Shown piece after piece: positions 44,452 to 58,235 of a stretch of DNA of 64,000 nt. The stretch spans positions 18,166,001 to 18,230,000 of the forward strand of contig CM022676.1 of assembly GCA_012295275.1 (NCBI GenBank). Direction: 5' to 3'. A model generated the notes under the pieces. It saw only the letters and a list, made by a program, of their open reading frames with translations, did not search any database and was not told where the DNA came from. This stretch comes from Chrysomallon squamiferum (lineage: Eukaryota > Animalia > Mollusca). The position numbers and the translations under genes were made by a program. The stretch's first letter is position 1. Each line of letters begins with the position of its first letter.

Positions 44452-46384
44452 GATAGTGTAGAAACTTATCTATTTAGCACATTAATTTACTTTACTTGTT
44501 TTTTATATTAAAATGGATTAGCATACAGAAACAGGGTAACCATTTGTCCCTGCTTCCGACCTTAAACAAGGATAACGCAAAATCTAGTTACCAACATAGA
44601 TGTCTAATAATGGCCGCGAACTGGACCGTCCCACGCGTTCTGTGTGTCTTTGTCTTTTCTTTGATCCCCCCCCGGGCCCTTTTGTCTCTTACTTAAATAA
44701 ACTTAATGCGTATCAATGGCGGAGCCGAGAAAAATTCCTTTTGTCTCTCGCTAATGATAGTTAATTGTTAAAAGATTTCATTAATTGGATTACTGTTAAC
44801 TAACAATACATATTTGATTAATATATACTGTTAGGAATTTTTGTAGAAATGAATAGGCAACATATTCACTTACTTTAACGATGGATACAATTCAGTTATG
44901 ATATCTTAGACTGTATTAAAGTAAGCTGTTTAAGTAAATAATCATTATGTTATCGATATTATCAAAAACTGTATCTTAATGGTACAACAATATAAAATAT
45001 TATAATAAGTAAAAATAGAAATGGCTACCAGCGGATTCTTCAAGTAGGTATAAAGTAAATTGCAGTCCGTGGTTTAATAAATAAGTTAGGACTAATTTTC
45101 TAAATTAAACACCACAGAAGACAATAAATCCAAATATGGCTGAGAAATCTTTCCATAGCTTGATCGAGGCCCTATTAGCGTACAGTTAAAAACTCTACTG
45201 CGTAAGATAAAAACCAGTTTACTGCCATAGTTGTATTATTTTATATTGCATTTTATGTGATGAATAAAAATAAAATTAAAATAAAGAAATAAAGAAAGAA
45301 AACAAATACAAATAAATAAATAACAAAAAGGAATGAGTGACAAAAATAAATAATTGAAATAAAAAATAAATAAAAATAAACGCAAATTAAAAATAAGAAT
45401 TACTACCACAAGTGATGAGTATCAGTCTTAATATTTGAACAATCATTTTTATTTTTGTTTTTTGTTGTTGTTTTTTTACGTTTATATTTAGGTCCTATAT
45501 ATATGTATATATAGTGTTTGTCATATCTGCGTTTAGGTCGCTTTGACTCATAACATGTACAAATAAAAGCATGTCCCATATTTTCTGATTAACCATTACA
45601 TTGCATTTGTCACGATCGTAGTGTAACGTTTCTTGTCACCAGTACTATTAGCACACTATTTTTATCTGACCTACATAAGAGACACTCGTTAGTGATACGT
45701 TATTCATCAATATACTTTGAGAAATAAAGATAAATATTTTACAGACAAAATAAGATAATAACAGATATATATATAGTTAACATGCTTGAAAGACAACTTA
45801 CATTATACGGGACACATGGTATGTAATAAAATATGTGCATGTATTTACTGCAAAAGGTGGCCTGACCTGTACGACATCTGATTTCAGTCACGTGTTTATG
45901 AGCAGACGACTTTGTAAACAGCGATACACAGAAGATATTTCAGTCACCTGTCAAACCGGACGTTGTCAGTTCCAGGAAAACACTCACCAAGCAAGGACGT
46001 ACTTTCTTACGAAGACGGCCATTTTGAAATTTGAAGGTATTTTGTATTTTATTGTAATTTAATATATGCCGTACTATTATTACTTTGCTTAAATCAGATA
46101 ATACATATTGAACTTGAAATCTATTTTGTCAAGGCTATACATTTTTTGTGTGAATTTTCCTAAAGGACATTTTTTGTGTTTTTTTTGTTTTACACCTAAC
46201 ACACTAGTTTATGATAAATATCGAAGAATATTTAATAATAATAACACAAACAACAACATTAATCAATAAAACAAATAATAAGAAGAAACAAAAATAATAT
46301 TGGTATCGTCATTATAATAATTATTATTATTCTATTAGTAGTAGCAGTTGCAGTAGCAGTAGTTTTAATACTATCACCTAAATG

Positions 46385-46724
46385 CAAGTGCCGGACCAAT
46401 TACCGGAACTCCTTGGGACCTGAGGCATTCCGGATTTCTGGATCTTCCGGTTTTCTGATATCAAGAAATCTAAATTCCTAAAAAATTAGGCATAAGCATT
46501 TAAGAAAAAAAGCCAACAACAAGAAATAAAGAAAATTGACGACACACAACTGTGGCGACTCGACACGTAAACACGTGAATGAACACCACACTGCTTGAAA
46601 GAGTAATTTCTGTCTCCTGACGACAAAACCCGCGCGCGCAAAATATGAAAATTGCGTCGGGGAAAAGTTCCGGTTTTCTGGTCTTTCGGTATTTCAGGAC
46701 GCCGGATAATTGGTCCGGTATCTG
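46385..46724. mobile_element. pogo/Tigger-like MITE (TA target)
   Basis: Inverted ends ccggaccaatta(t)ccgg at ~46391 and ~46702-46718. The right end is ...ctg followed by TA. Internally GC-richer than the flanks. Confidence 0.7.
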
Positions 46725-47405
46725 TAGAGTTCAATGTATCGTTTATAGTTTATGCTATATCTGATTACTTCGTTTTACTTTGTGTCATTTTATTTATTTA
46801 TTTATTTATGTATTTATTTATTTATGTATTTATTTATTTATTTATTTATTTATTTATAGATCCCAGATCTCTGTGATCAATAGTAGAGTTAAACAAAAAT
46901 TACTCGTTTCTAAGAATTTATCGATCACAATTGATAATGATTTAATAAACAGTATTACAGTGTGAGGCTTTTTAAACATGAGGTACGTGCCAATAGAAGA
47001 TGTGATAATATTATCTCTTATAATAGTATTATTTTCTATTTACGAGTTTGTTAGTTTGTTCTGTTTATTGGAAATAGTTGGGTTGTCTATATCTTATTTC
47101 TTGAAATGATGACAAATGTAAATAATTTCATATTTTCATCGTTTATTTCTACACTTATGGGCAGAGAGTTTGTTAACAATGAATTTGTCAGATCGTTGTA
47201 ATTAACACCCGAGTATACCTTTGTGTGTCTCAGATAGCAGTGTCACTCTATTTTTAGCCGTCCTACATAAAAAACGTCATGTGTTAGCTTAACTTGATAT
47301 ACTCTTTATTCAAGCATTGTCAGAGAAATAAAAATCTACACGTATATTTAGTGTACTGTAAAATATATTTCTTCTTATTATTATTGTTGTTGTTGTTCTT
47401 GTTTC

Positions 47406-47445
<40 letters not shown>

Positions 47446-47612
47446 CAGATTTTATAACTTACCTATAAACAATGCAATCTAGTAGTACTTAGTCTATTCA
47501 GTTGTTGTAATCAATTTTAAAGAAGATTTATGTAAGATGAGTATACACATATCTCGTAGCACGATTTCTTTATTTTAATCTGACATTGAAACCTAACAAC
47601 GTGACACTTGAT

Positions 47613-47840
47613 CAGTGTCGTGTGGAGGTCTGGTGAAGCCGGGGCCAACTCCTTGATTGTAATTCCCAAAGATTCAAGTACAAGGCCTAGTACTGAGGAA
47701 TAGTATGAGAAAGGAAGATATTTTGAATATGTAAAAAAAGATGAAATATAAAATAAACACTTTATTCGATTTTAAATATAAATCGCTCATGGATGCCAGG
47801 TGCCAGAGTCCCTTCGGCCCCTCACCTCTGAACACCACTG
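47613..47840. mobile_element. 228 bp non-autonomous hAT-type MITE with perfect 8 bp TSD
   Basis: CACTTGAT at 47605-47612 and 47841-47848. Imperfect TIR cagtg..gt...gaggt. The homologous empty site has a single CACTTGAT at 38675-38682. Confidence 0.85.
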
Positions 47841-48881
47841 CACTTGATGACGTGTAAAATATCTGACGTCACTCGCGTGTTTATCAGTGGAGGATTTTGA
47901 GAACCAAAAGTACACAAAGCAGAAATAAAACAAGTCGGCCATATTGAAAGTCTATGATATTTTTTATTTTATTATTATTTTAACTATTCCAGTGTTCTTA
48001 ATTTATTGGTAAATATATTAGACTTTGTTCTATAACAAATATATTATTTAAGTGTGAGATTTTTTAATTGAAATGAAAAAGGTTTACGATTATCCTGACT
48101 TTAGTATGCTATTCTTGTTGTTTGTAATAGTAGTAGTAGTATTTTTTAATACTAGTACTACTACAACTACCGTTACTACCCTATTAGAGCCCTTATTATT
48201 TTGTGGACATATTTTGCTATTTATTGTTTACGTTATTTCATTTTGTTTTATTTTATTTTTATTTTTATTCATTTATTCTTAGATCGGTGATAGCGGTGAT
48301 CTACAGTTGAGTCGATTGACAGAAAATAGTTGCTTAAATAAATTAACCATCAGGAAGTTCAAATTAGGAGGAATTTTAAATTGTTTTCTATTTTAAAATA
48401 TCGCTTTTTTGATTTTTTATTATTTTGCTTTATTAATATTTTTTTCTTTACATGTTTATTTTTTAGATCTGTCACTGACGGATAATTTTGCTGACTTTTC
48501 GAGAAGTAGATTGTTATAAATGACCACAAATACATTGCGATATGAAAATCGTTTCTCCCACAGTCAAATATTTCTTTCCTGAATGAGCACATACCTTTAT
48601 TTATAATAAAATAATAATAATAATAATAATTCTTTCTTTGTTCGTCTTCATCATAATAATCATTACCACCATAACCACAAGGTGTTTCTTTTTTATCCTT
48701 TATCTATGTGATGTTTTTCTTTCTTTTTATCTTTTATTATATATTTTTATTTATTTATTTATTTATTTTTATTTGTCTTGTTTTTGATTATCTTTTTTTA
48801 TGTAAAAAAAAATTTTTTGTTTCGATATTGGAATAAGTCATTTGTACACAGGGAAATATTTTTTAAATTATATTTAGAATG

Positions 48882-48945
<64 letters not shown>

Positions 48946-49358
48946 GTAGTAGTTATTATTAATGTCATATTTATATTTTATTTTTTGTTTTGATTATTTA
49001 TTTTTTATTTATTTTATTTTTTATTTAAATTTTTTATTATTATTATATAATTAATTAATTAAATTATTTTAATTCAATTTATCAATGACGTTTTTATTTT
49101 TTCTGTATGAATTATTGCATTTTTATATATAAGAACAGTTTCTTTTTCTATTTTATTCTCATTTATTACCATATTGTTAATATTAATAATATTGTTAATA
49201 ATAATATTATAATAATAATAATATTATAATATTTATTATTATTATTATTATTGTTAATTATTATAATTATTATTATCGTTATGTTATTGTTATTTATTGT
49301 TATTATTATAATTATTGTTACTATTATAATTTTTATTATTGTTATTGTTATATTATTA

Positions 49359-49415
<57 letters not shown>

Positions 49416-49435
49416 CCTCTGTTTGTAGTTAAAAC

Positions 49436-50994
49436 ATGGCCACCGCGGATGGAAACTCAAGTTGGCAGACAGGGAAGAATCTGATGCAATGCATTGAACA
49501 CGTTTTTCGTACAAGAACACACACGGACGTCAGATTTCTTGTTGGTGAACATAAAACTGCTGTCGATGCGCACCGTTTCATTTTGATCATTCGAAGCGAA
49601 GTTTTTGATCGCAGATGTTGACAGGAGAACTTCCCGAAACACAAATATCGAAATACCGGATGTGGAGAAACATCAGAGTTTTTCAAATATTTAAAGTACA
49701 CACACAAACACACACACACACACACACACACACAGATACAAACACGCACACAGACACACACACACAGACACACAGAGACATGGAAACACACGTACGAAAA
49801 CAGTGAGGAAGAGAGACATACTACAGACAGACAGAAACGTTGATAACAATACAGTTTTTATTAGTAATCTAATTATTTTCTTATTAATTAATCTCACATA
49901 ATTATCTCACATTTTGAAGTCTTACTCTACTTCTTTTACACAGATATCTTTACACGGATGACGTCTTCCTAACAGGCGACAACGTCACCGGTTTGCTGTA
50001 TCTGTCGAGGAAGTACATCATCACAACACTTGAAGACCGATGCACAAAGTATTTGGAGTCGTCGTTGTCGTCACGGAATGCGTGCGTCGTGCTGGAACAA
50101 GCTCACCTGTTTGATGAACATGATCTAAGAAAGAAAACTCTGGACTTCATTTTGAAAAATGGCGACGAAGTTCTGAAATCAGACGAAGTCAGCGATCTTT
50201 GTCACGAATGTCTGGTTGAGATCGTACGATCAGACGAACTGACAGCAGACGAGAAAAATGTTTCTGAAGCCGCTTTGAAATGGGCTGACAGCGCGTGCAG
50301 GAAGCAAGGGAAGAAGACGAGTGAAAAAAACATGCGCGAAGCACTGGGAGAGGTCGTGAAGCACGTGCGTTATCCATTACTAGATCAGACGTATTTTGTT
50401 AACCACGTGAAACCCACTCACATACTCACTGACACAGAAGAACACACAATTTTGAAACACTGGGTGAGCAGTGATGAAGATGTTTCACCTTTTAACTCAA
50501 ACAAGAGAACTGCAATGATGAAAACACAGATTACAATAAACAGGTTTGGTAGGTTTGATTTCTACTTGCCATGTTCTGGTTTAGAAGATGACGCCATTAC
50601 TTTTTCTATCAACAAAAACGCTTTACTTCGCGGATTTCAGTTGTACGGTCACCGTGAACCACGAAACTACGACGTCAGCGCCTTCGTCATTGACACAAGA
50701 ACAGACGAAATACTGGACGGGTCTACGCTGACACAGAGATATGAACACGTCGTGTCTGACGTGTATGACGTCGTGTTCAGACCTCCAGTGAAGATTACTA
50801 AAGACACTGAGTACAGCTTGTTTGTTAATGTTAAGGGAGACGTCACATGTTGTGGACGTGACGGAAAATCAGAAATTGTTGTAGACTCTTTTGTTTGTAG
50901 ATTTTCTGACTCACACAAATCTAAACACAGTGACAGAGAACTTCGTACATGGATGAAAGTAGGACAAATACCTGCTTTGTTATTTTTAGTGTAA
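49436..50994 (+). CDS. BTB/POZ-BACK-PHR protein (BTBD3/BTBD6-like). Coding exon 1 49436-49695, exon 2 49944-50994. Exon 1 has three compensating frameshifts
   Basis: N-terminal WQTGK...DVRFLVG...AHRFILIIRSEVF, then IEIPDVE in a shifted frame. Phase-2 intron (gtacac...ttttacacag) joins to YLYTDDV...LLYLSRKY. BACK motifs (NACVVLEQAHLFDE, ALKWA, VRYPLL) and PHR-type C-terminus (LRGFQLYG...GQIPALLF). Confidence 0.85.
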
Positions 50995-52675
50995 AAAACA
51001 ACATCGTTCAAAAACTGTCACTTTTAGTCATCACTGGGCTCATATTTTTATTTATTTATTTATTTATTTGTTTAGTTGTTGTATTTATTTATTTATGTTT
51101 GTTTACGTTTTGTATTTCTGATGACGTCAGATAGCAGACATGACGTCATACACACTTGATTTGAAATTTTTGATTTCTAATGAACTGATTTCTGTCAAAA
51201 ACGTGCATGATGTATATAAACATCTCATTTCTTATTTATCATTTTATGTTATTATTTATTTATTTATTTATGAATCAGACATTTTTGTTGAATTTTTTTT
51301 TTTTTTTTATTTTTCCATTTTTTTTTTGTATATGAAACAACTCTTTTAGATACATTATGTATGTATTTCCTGGTTGTTAAACATGAAAATAAAACTGTTA
51401 TTTTTTATTTATCCATTTTCTTTTACTAAGACTAGCATTTTTTTTATTTATTTTTTTATAGATGAGATTTAAAACGTGAACAGATAAATAAAAGATCTTT
51501 TGAAAGAATTGTCAGGTATTTTATTTATATTTTAAATAGTTATTTATTTATTTATTTGTTTCTTTTGTGCTCATTTTGAGTTATAGTTATAGTATGTGTT
51601 TGTTTATGTGTGTGTGTATAATTTTGTGTGTGTGTATGCACACTAAAAAAACATGCATACATACATGCACACGTGTATATTAGCTTGCTATACTTGATTT
51701 CACTACCACTGATCATTAGTTAATTTTAAAAATAAAACAATAAATAAATAAACTGTTTTAAATTGTTTCATCACAGAAACACACACTCATGCAGACACAC
51801 ACACACACACACACACCATGCACACCGTGCACTCGGTGAAAAATAACCTTGGACTAACCTGGTTTTGTTTATAAACCAGTGTAGCAGGAAATACATAAAA
51901 CCCTGTAAATCACAAACCCCTGTAAATCACAAACCCTCCTAATATACCACACATAGCAGTAGTGATTGTGTGTTTTTAACTGCATCTCACAATAAACATT
52001 CCATCTATTTGTGGTTTTGATATGAATAACAAATATTTGAAATGGGACATTTTTATTTTGGGTTTTTGCCCAAAATTATTTATGTTTGTGTTTAACAACG
52101 ATTTCAATTATAATATGTCTGTTAAATTGCAACAAAAAATATTTTATCCTGCCGCAACCTTAAAAGTTCAGGTTTTTCTGACTTTTTCTTTTTAGTTGCA
52201 GCTACAAACACCTCTAGTCCCATACTTGAGATACACAACTCAAAAATAAAAGAGCGACAGTCTGATTTGAAATTATTTATTGACCAGCTTCCTTCATAAA
52301 CAATAATTAATTAAAGTACTGATAAAACCTGCGAGTTTCTGAAAATGTTTGTATATATTATTTGCCTTCTGACTGATTTTTTTACAGTTTGACAGTGGTG
52401 TGCCAGATAACAGGGATCCTATGCAGTGTATTCCACTGGGTGGGGGCATTTGTGAAAATTACAAACCTGGCGTGACTAATCCGGATGCTGTCTACTTCGG
52501 ATGCCAAATGTAAATTCAGAACTAAAGACAAATAATTTATATAGTAATTAGCATTGTCAGTAACTACACACCAATTTTCTGCAATTTAAACGTAATTAGG
52601 TATCCGTTTTTGTCTCTGTTTATATATATATATATATATATGTATTATTGTGTGTGTTATATATATATATACATA

Positions 52676-53784
52676 TACTCTAACAAAAAAGAAACATAAA
52701 AGTGATTTTATTGACATTGGGAATATCTATGTAATGGATCAACAAAAGGAGATGAATATTCACATTTTACACACACTTTCGCAATTCATTAATATTGATG
52801 GTATTATTGAAAGGTTAAAGTTCTAGGATATAACAGTGTGTCAATTGCTCGATGTGCCCACCATGGGAGTCCAGAACTGCCTGACATCTTCTTCCCATGG
52901 CAGTAATGCCATTACGAGTTACACCTTGTGGAATGGTGGCCCTCTGTCTGTAGTAATAAACGCCAACTGAGTACGATTATGTGGCTGTGGTTGATGCTGC
53001 CTCAGTCGTCATCAAAATCGTCCCACAAATGTTTAAAGGGTTCAAGTCCGGAGATTTAGAGGGCCAGGGCAGGACCTGAATGTTATAGTTGTGTACATGG
53101 GTAAGCTGTTGTGAGTCTGGCTGTATGTGGTCTCTCGCATTGTCGTGCTGGAATACAGCGTTACCATTATTCATAACTGGAGCGATATATGGCTGGAACA
53201 TTTCATCTCGGTATCTGGTGAGCCGTTAAGTTGCCCGGAAGTAAACCAGGTTGGTCCTGCCAGTGTATAAGATTGCTGCCCACCCATCCCACTACCACCG
53301 CCCGGTGTCAGCTTCCCGCTATGCAGTTTACAACAAAACGTTCACCACGACGTCCTGACATCTCCATCATTGAACGAAGCAGGGTGAGCCTCGTCACTAA
53401 ACCAGACAGATTGAGCACCATTGACTTCGTAGTCGATGACGTTCTTGAGTCAAAACCACTCTTCTTACAGGCCGTCTGGATCGAATACCTGCCTTGCGTA
53501 AACAATTGCGCACTGTCTGAACCGACATTCTACACATACCTGGTATTGCTGAAGCATTAGAGGTTGCCATGGTATTTCATTTCCGTAGATGAAGTACCCG
53601 TATGCCATCCTGGGCCCTGGTGGTTGCACGTGGTCTACCTGATCTGGGACGGTACGTTTTTGTTTGGTGTCGATGGAACCTATACTATAATCTCAAGATG
53701 GTGCCTGGGGATACATGGAACACGGGCTACGGCCGAAGGATTCGCCAGCTTGTAAACGGCCGATGGCGTTGTTTCGTTGCCAGT
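52676..53784 (-). mobile_element. Degenerate Tc1/mariner (Tc1-type) transposon, cut at its 5' end by the assembly gap
   Basis: Minus-strand pieces QRNNAIGRLQAGES (HTH region), VFQHDNARDH and WPSKSPDLNP (catalytic D and E regions), with frameshifts. The left end abuts a TA run. Confidence 0.9.
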
Positions 53785-53984
53785 NNNNNNNNNNNNNNNN
53801 NNNNNNNNNNNNNNNNNNNNNNNNNNNNNNNNNNNNNNNNNNNNNNNNNNNNNNNNNNNNNNNNNNNNNNNNNNNNNNNNNNNNNNNNNNNNNNNNNNNN
53901 NNNNNNNNNNNNNNNNNNNNNNNNNNNNNNNNNNNNNNNNNNNNNNNNNNNNNNNNNNNNNNNNNNNNNNNNNNNNNNNNNNNN
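53785..53984. other. Assembly gap (200 N)
   Basis: Run of exactly 200 n; probably a fixed-size scaffold join. Confidence 0.99.
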
Positions 53985-54124
53985 GCCTTTCTCACAGAGC
54001 TGTTCTTCTGTAAACACCAGATAGCATACAAGAAAACCTGTCAGCCTTTCTGACAGAGCTGTTCTTCTGTAAACACCAGATAGCATACAAGAAAACCTGT
54101 CAGCCTTTCTGACAGAGCTGTTCT
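53985..54124. repeat. ~59 bp tandem repeat, >2 copies, running into the gap
   Basis: gcctttctgacagagctgttcttctgtaaacaccagatagcatacaagaaaacctgtca repeated. Confidence 0.9.
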
Positions 54125-54709
54125 CCTTGTTTGAAATGATAAAACTGACAGACAGGACAGCTTCTGAATGGGCAGGAAACAGAAAGTAAGTTTTTAATTA
54201 TGATTCAGAATTTTATTTAAACAAAATTGACTTTCCAAGTAATTATATTATATCTTTTATTATTTCAGTTTATGAAATAGTTTATTGTACTGGAAAAAAT
54301 AGGATTTGTAAAATTCAGTTTTAGTGTGTATACTTATGTAAATACTTTTTTTTATTTAAAATGGATGATTTCAGGCTTTAAAAGATCCTTGTATAATAGT
54401 CAGATACTAACATAGAAAGTTAATATTAAAGGAATATTTAAGTGAGTGCATCTCAGTTAAATTTTACAACTCTTACATCAGACAGTTTATATTGCAAGGT
54501 TTATTATTATTTTTACTACTTTCACTTCAGCATCTCACAGTGGTAATGGGAGGTCAGATGTCACAAAACACCAAGTAACCATTAGCAACACAACAAAACA
54601 GCTTTCACAAAACTGAGTCAAGAGTCATGAGTTCTCCAGAACTAAACAAGCCAAACTCTACACTGTAAGTATTCACTTAATTCATTTTGTTAAGTTTGTA
54701 GTGATGGAT

Positions 54710-55020
54710 AGACTGGCTCAGTGGTTAGAGTGCATGGTCAAGGTTTGTTGGGTTCTAGGATCAGTCCTGTATGGAGGATTAATAAAGTTATTTACCAGAA
54801 TAGCCTCTGATCCATGCTTGATATTGCTAAGATCATGGTATGTGTTTTGTTTTCTGTTGAAAGCTGTATGTTAAAAAAAAATGTTTTGTTGGTTGTTTAA
54901 AAAGGGTGTTAGTTCATATTCCACAAACAGGTTTTTTTTTTCATTAGCTGTTTTGTTGTTTACCATTAAAGATACAAAGAACTAGTAAAAAACATGTTGA
55001 GTATGTTGTTAAAATATTTC
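54710..55020 (+). mobile_element. Degenerate tRNA-derived SINE
   Basis: A box TGGCTCAGTGG at ~54714, B-box-like ggatcagtcc ~40 bp downstream, followed by a non-tRNA body. Confidence 0.55.
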
Positions 55021-57481
55021 TTCTTTAGCTTTTATATTTGTACTACTTTAGCGACATTTATATTTATCAAAAATCAGGTTAAAGTGAATAATTTTTAAAA
55101 GATACTAAATTATTTAATTTAGAATTTACATTTATAGTTTGGCAAATCTGTTAAGGCTATTTAAAAAAATATTTTTATTTATTCGTTAACTTAGTGTATT
55201 TATGTTTATCGGTATGTCTGTATTCATGAAAGCACAATTGAAACCCAATAGCTGAAATATATTTTTGTCAACAAACATTCATTAGTATCAGTAAATTGAA
55301 TTGATATACATATATAATAGTAAACAATGTTACTGGTAAAAAATAATAAAAATTAAATTATCTTCACTTTTACTTTTTCAGGAACATAGCACAAAACAGA
55401 CAAGTGTTGTTATCTAAACACACACAGACAGCAGAACAGACAGAGAAGTTTCTAAAAAAACTGGTATGAAAAACACACATTAATTCAGTTGTTTAACTAT
55501 CAATTTACATTCTTCTCAGTTTTTGTGTTGCATGTATTCTCAATACAGAGTAAGAAAAGCAGATTAGTACAGGAAAGTCTACAATAATAAGTAAAGTAAT
55601 TGTAGTATACAAATATACTGATAACTTAGAATACAATAACAAGTAAAGTAATTGTAGTGTACAAATATACTGATAACTTAGAATACTTCATTATTTCCAT
55701 TCTTTCATCAGCATTGTTTTATTCTTATTTCTGTATCCACAATCAATATATTTTCTTTATCTTATGATTTTTTCTTCTTCTTATATTTTTATTATTATTT
55801 TGTTTATTTATTTATTATTCTTTTATCTGTACATTTATTTTTCTATCATAACATCATTAATCCATAAAAAGCTCTAACAGACTGAGTATGCCAACATTTT
55901 ATACTAATTTACTCAGTCTGTGAGGTTTATGTTTGCATTTCCCATATTTTGAGATTATATAGATAAATAAAAATAATACAAAATACTGGGTAAGTCAACC
56001 TGCTGATACAAACTTCTTAAAAGATTGTTATACTTTACTATTAGAAAATGCTGGTGACAGTAAACAAGTAATATACAAAATTCACTAGGTATATTTATAG
56101 CACATATATTCATTAGTTCAAATTTTATTAGTAACCATTGATCAATTTTATCATCCATTATTTTAAAGCATGTTTATCATTTCTTCATTTTGTCATCCAC
56201 ATCTGTTTTCATCAGCCTGTCATCTATATTCAACTTTTATTTTTCTTTAACTTAAACACATTCTTTTTTTTTTTTTTTTTTGTTTTAGCATTATTATCTT
56301 TATTATTGCTATTATTATGATGATGATTATTATCATTATTAATTTTCTATCATTACATAAGATTCCACACAAACTCTAACAGACTGAGTATGCCAGCACT
56401 TTACACTAATCTACTCAGTCTGTGAGGTCTACTTTTACATTTCTCATATTTTCTGATTATATATATAAATTAAAATAAAAAATAAGTTAAAATGTCTTCA
56501 TTTTAAATTTCTTCTTCATCATCATCATCATTATTGTTGTCATCTAGATTTATAATATCAGTTATTGTCACAAGGCTGTAATATTGTAAACTATCTTCTC
56601 TGTTAAATTTTATTTTAATCTTTATTTCCAGGTTTTGTTTTGGTTAAATTAGCCCGCTCACTTGTTTATTAATTTTCTTATTTTTGAATCTCTGCTTATT
56701 ATTATTGTCTAAACCAAATTAAGCCATTGCTAAATGAAATGGACCAGAAAAACTGAAATCTGTTTTTCTTTGATCTTTAAGCTTTAGCAGGAATTATTTT
56801 TTCATTATATTTGATTTTTCTTATTATTGTTTGTTTTTAAAAGACATACTTAGTTTTTTTAAGTGAATTATTTTTTTTTCAGGATTATTCCCACTCCTTT
56901 TAATCTACAGTATTTTATTATTGTTTGTTATTACTGTTTATTTTTATTTCATTCAAATTACAACCTAAATTTTTAAGCTTTTATAAGAGAATTATTTTTC
57001 TGATCCTGTCTAGTTGATAGATAATTGTTATTTATTTTTGAAAGTTGTAGAAATATCTGGGAGGGGGAAGTTGGAGAGTTAAATCTAACAAATTGGTGTG
57101 TGTGTGTAAACTTTTATTCATTAATCGTTATTTTAGTTTTATATTGTTGTTATTACCAAAAAACAACATGAGCTTTAGTTAGTTTTGAATTTTATATATA
57201 ATGTAATTATACTAATTTTTTTTTTTTTACTTTCTATATATTATTGCTATGTTAATACAATTTTATTTATCTGTTTATTGATTTATGGTATATTTATGGA
57301 TATTTCTGTTTATCTGTTTATTTATTTGTTTGTTTGTTTATCTAGGAACTGGCTCAGTCTGATGTTAAACACTTTGTAATTCTGTTCTGTGACGGAAGAT
57401 GTCAGTACAAAGCTCTGTTTTCTTTCACACCAGAAACTGAAGAATTATCTAAATTTGTGGTGTAGGACCTAAAGAAGTAAC

Positions 57482-57750
57482 CAATAAAATGATTCATAGG
57501 TTTTATAAGTAAGTACATATTTAATATTGTATAAGTTTGGTTATTTTGATTCATATTTAAGTAAGTACATATTTAATATTGTATAAATAGTTTGGTTATT
57601 TCTACATATTTTTATATCAATAAAATGATTCATAGGTTTTATAAGTAAGTACATATTTAATATTTTATAAATAGTTTGGTTATTTCTACATATTTTTATA
57701 TCAATAAAATGATTCATAGGTTTTATAAGTAAGTACATATTTAATATTTT
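57482..57750. repeat. AT-rich tandem repeat, ~84 bp unit, about 3 copies
   Basis: caataaaatgattcataggttttataagtaagtacatatttaatatt... repeated. ORF 57541-57804 shows the 28 aa period. Confidence 0.85.
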
Positions 57751-58193
57751 ATCTGTCACACTAAATAGTTTGTATTTATTTTTATATAAAATTTTATCTG
57801 TCACATTTAAAATGTCACACTAAAATTACCAAAAATACAGTCTTGATAAGAAAGTGTGTTTTTATATTATTTTAAATCTGTCTTTATAAATTTGTACATT
57901 CATCAACATGCAGCTCATTAATATAATGTAAAATAAATGTTTTTGCAAATTATGTTTTTACTAGTTATTATTATTATTATTTTTTTAATATAAAATGAAA
58001 ACATTTTTGGTAAAGGTCAATACTGACCAAGTGAAATGTAGGTGTTTTTAACAAGATTTAAATATTTGTGCATGTCAGTGAAAAAAAGGGTATAGCCTAT
58101 AACAAGATGTTAATCAATATACTTTAGTGGATAACAGTGACAATATAAAATGTATCACTATATAATTTCCTATACTTTCAATTCAATTTCTTT

Positions 58194-58235
<42 letters not shown>

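Noticed and set aside
50189-51011. Minus-strand ORFs of 62 and 114 aa
   Set aside because: Shadows of the BTB coding exon.
51828-52625. Possible MITE upstream of the Tc1 relic
   Set aside because: Terminal inverted repeats are too weak to define by eye.
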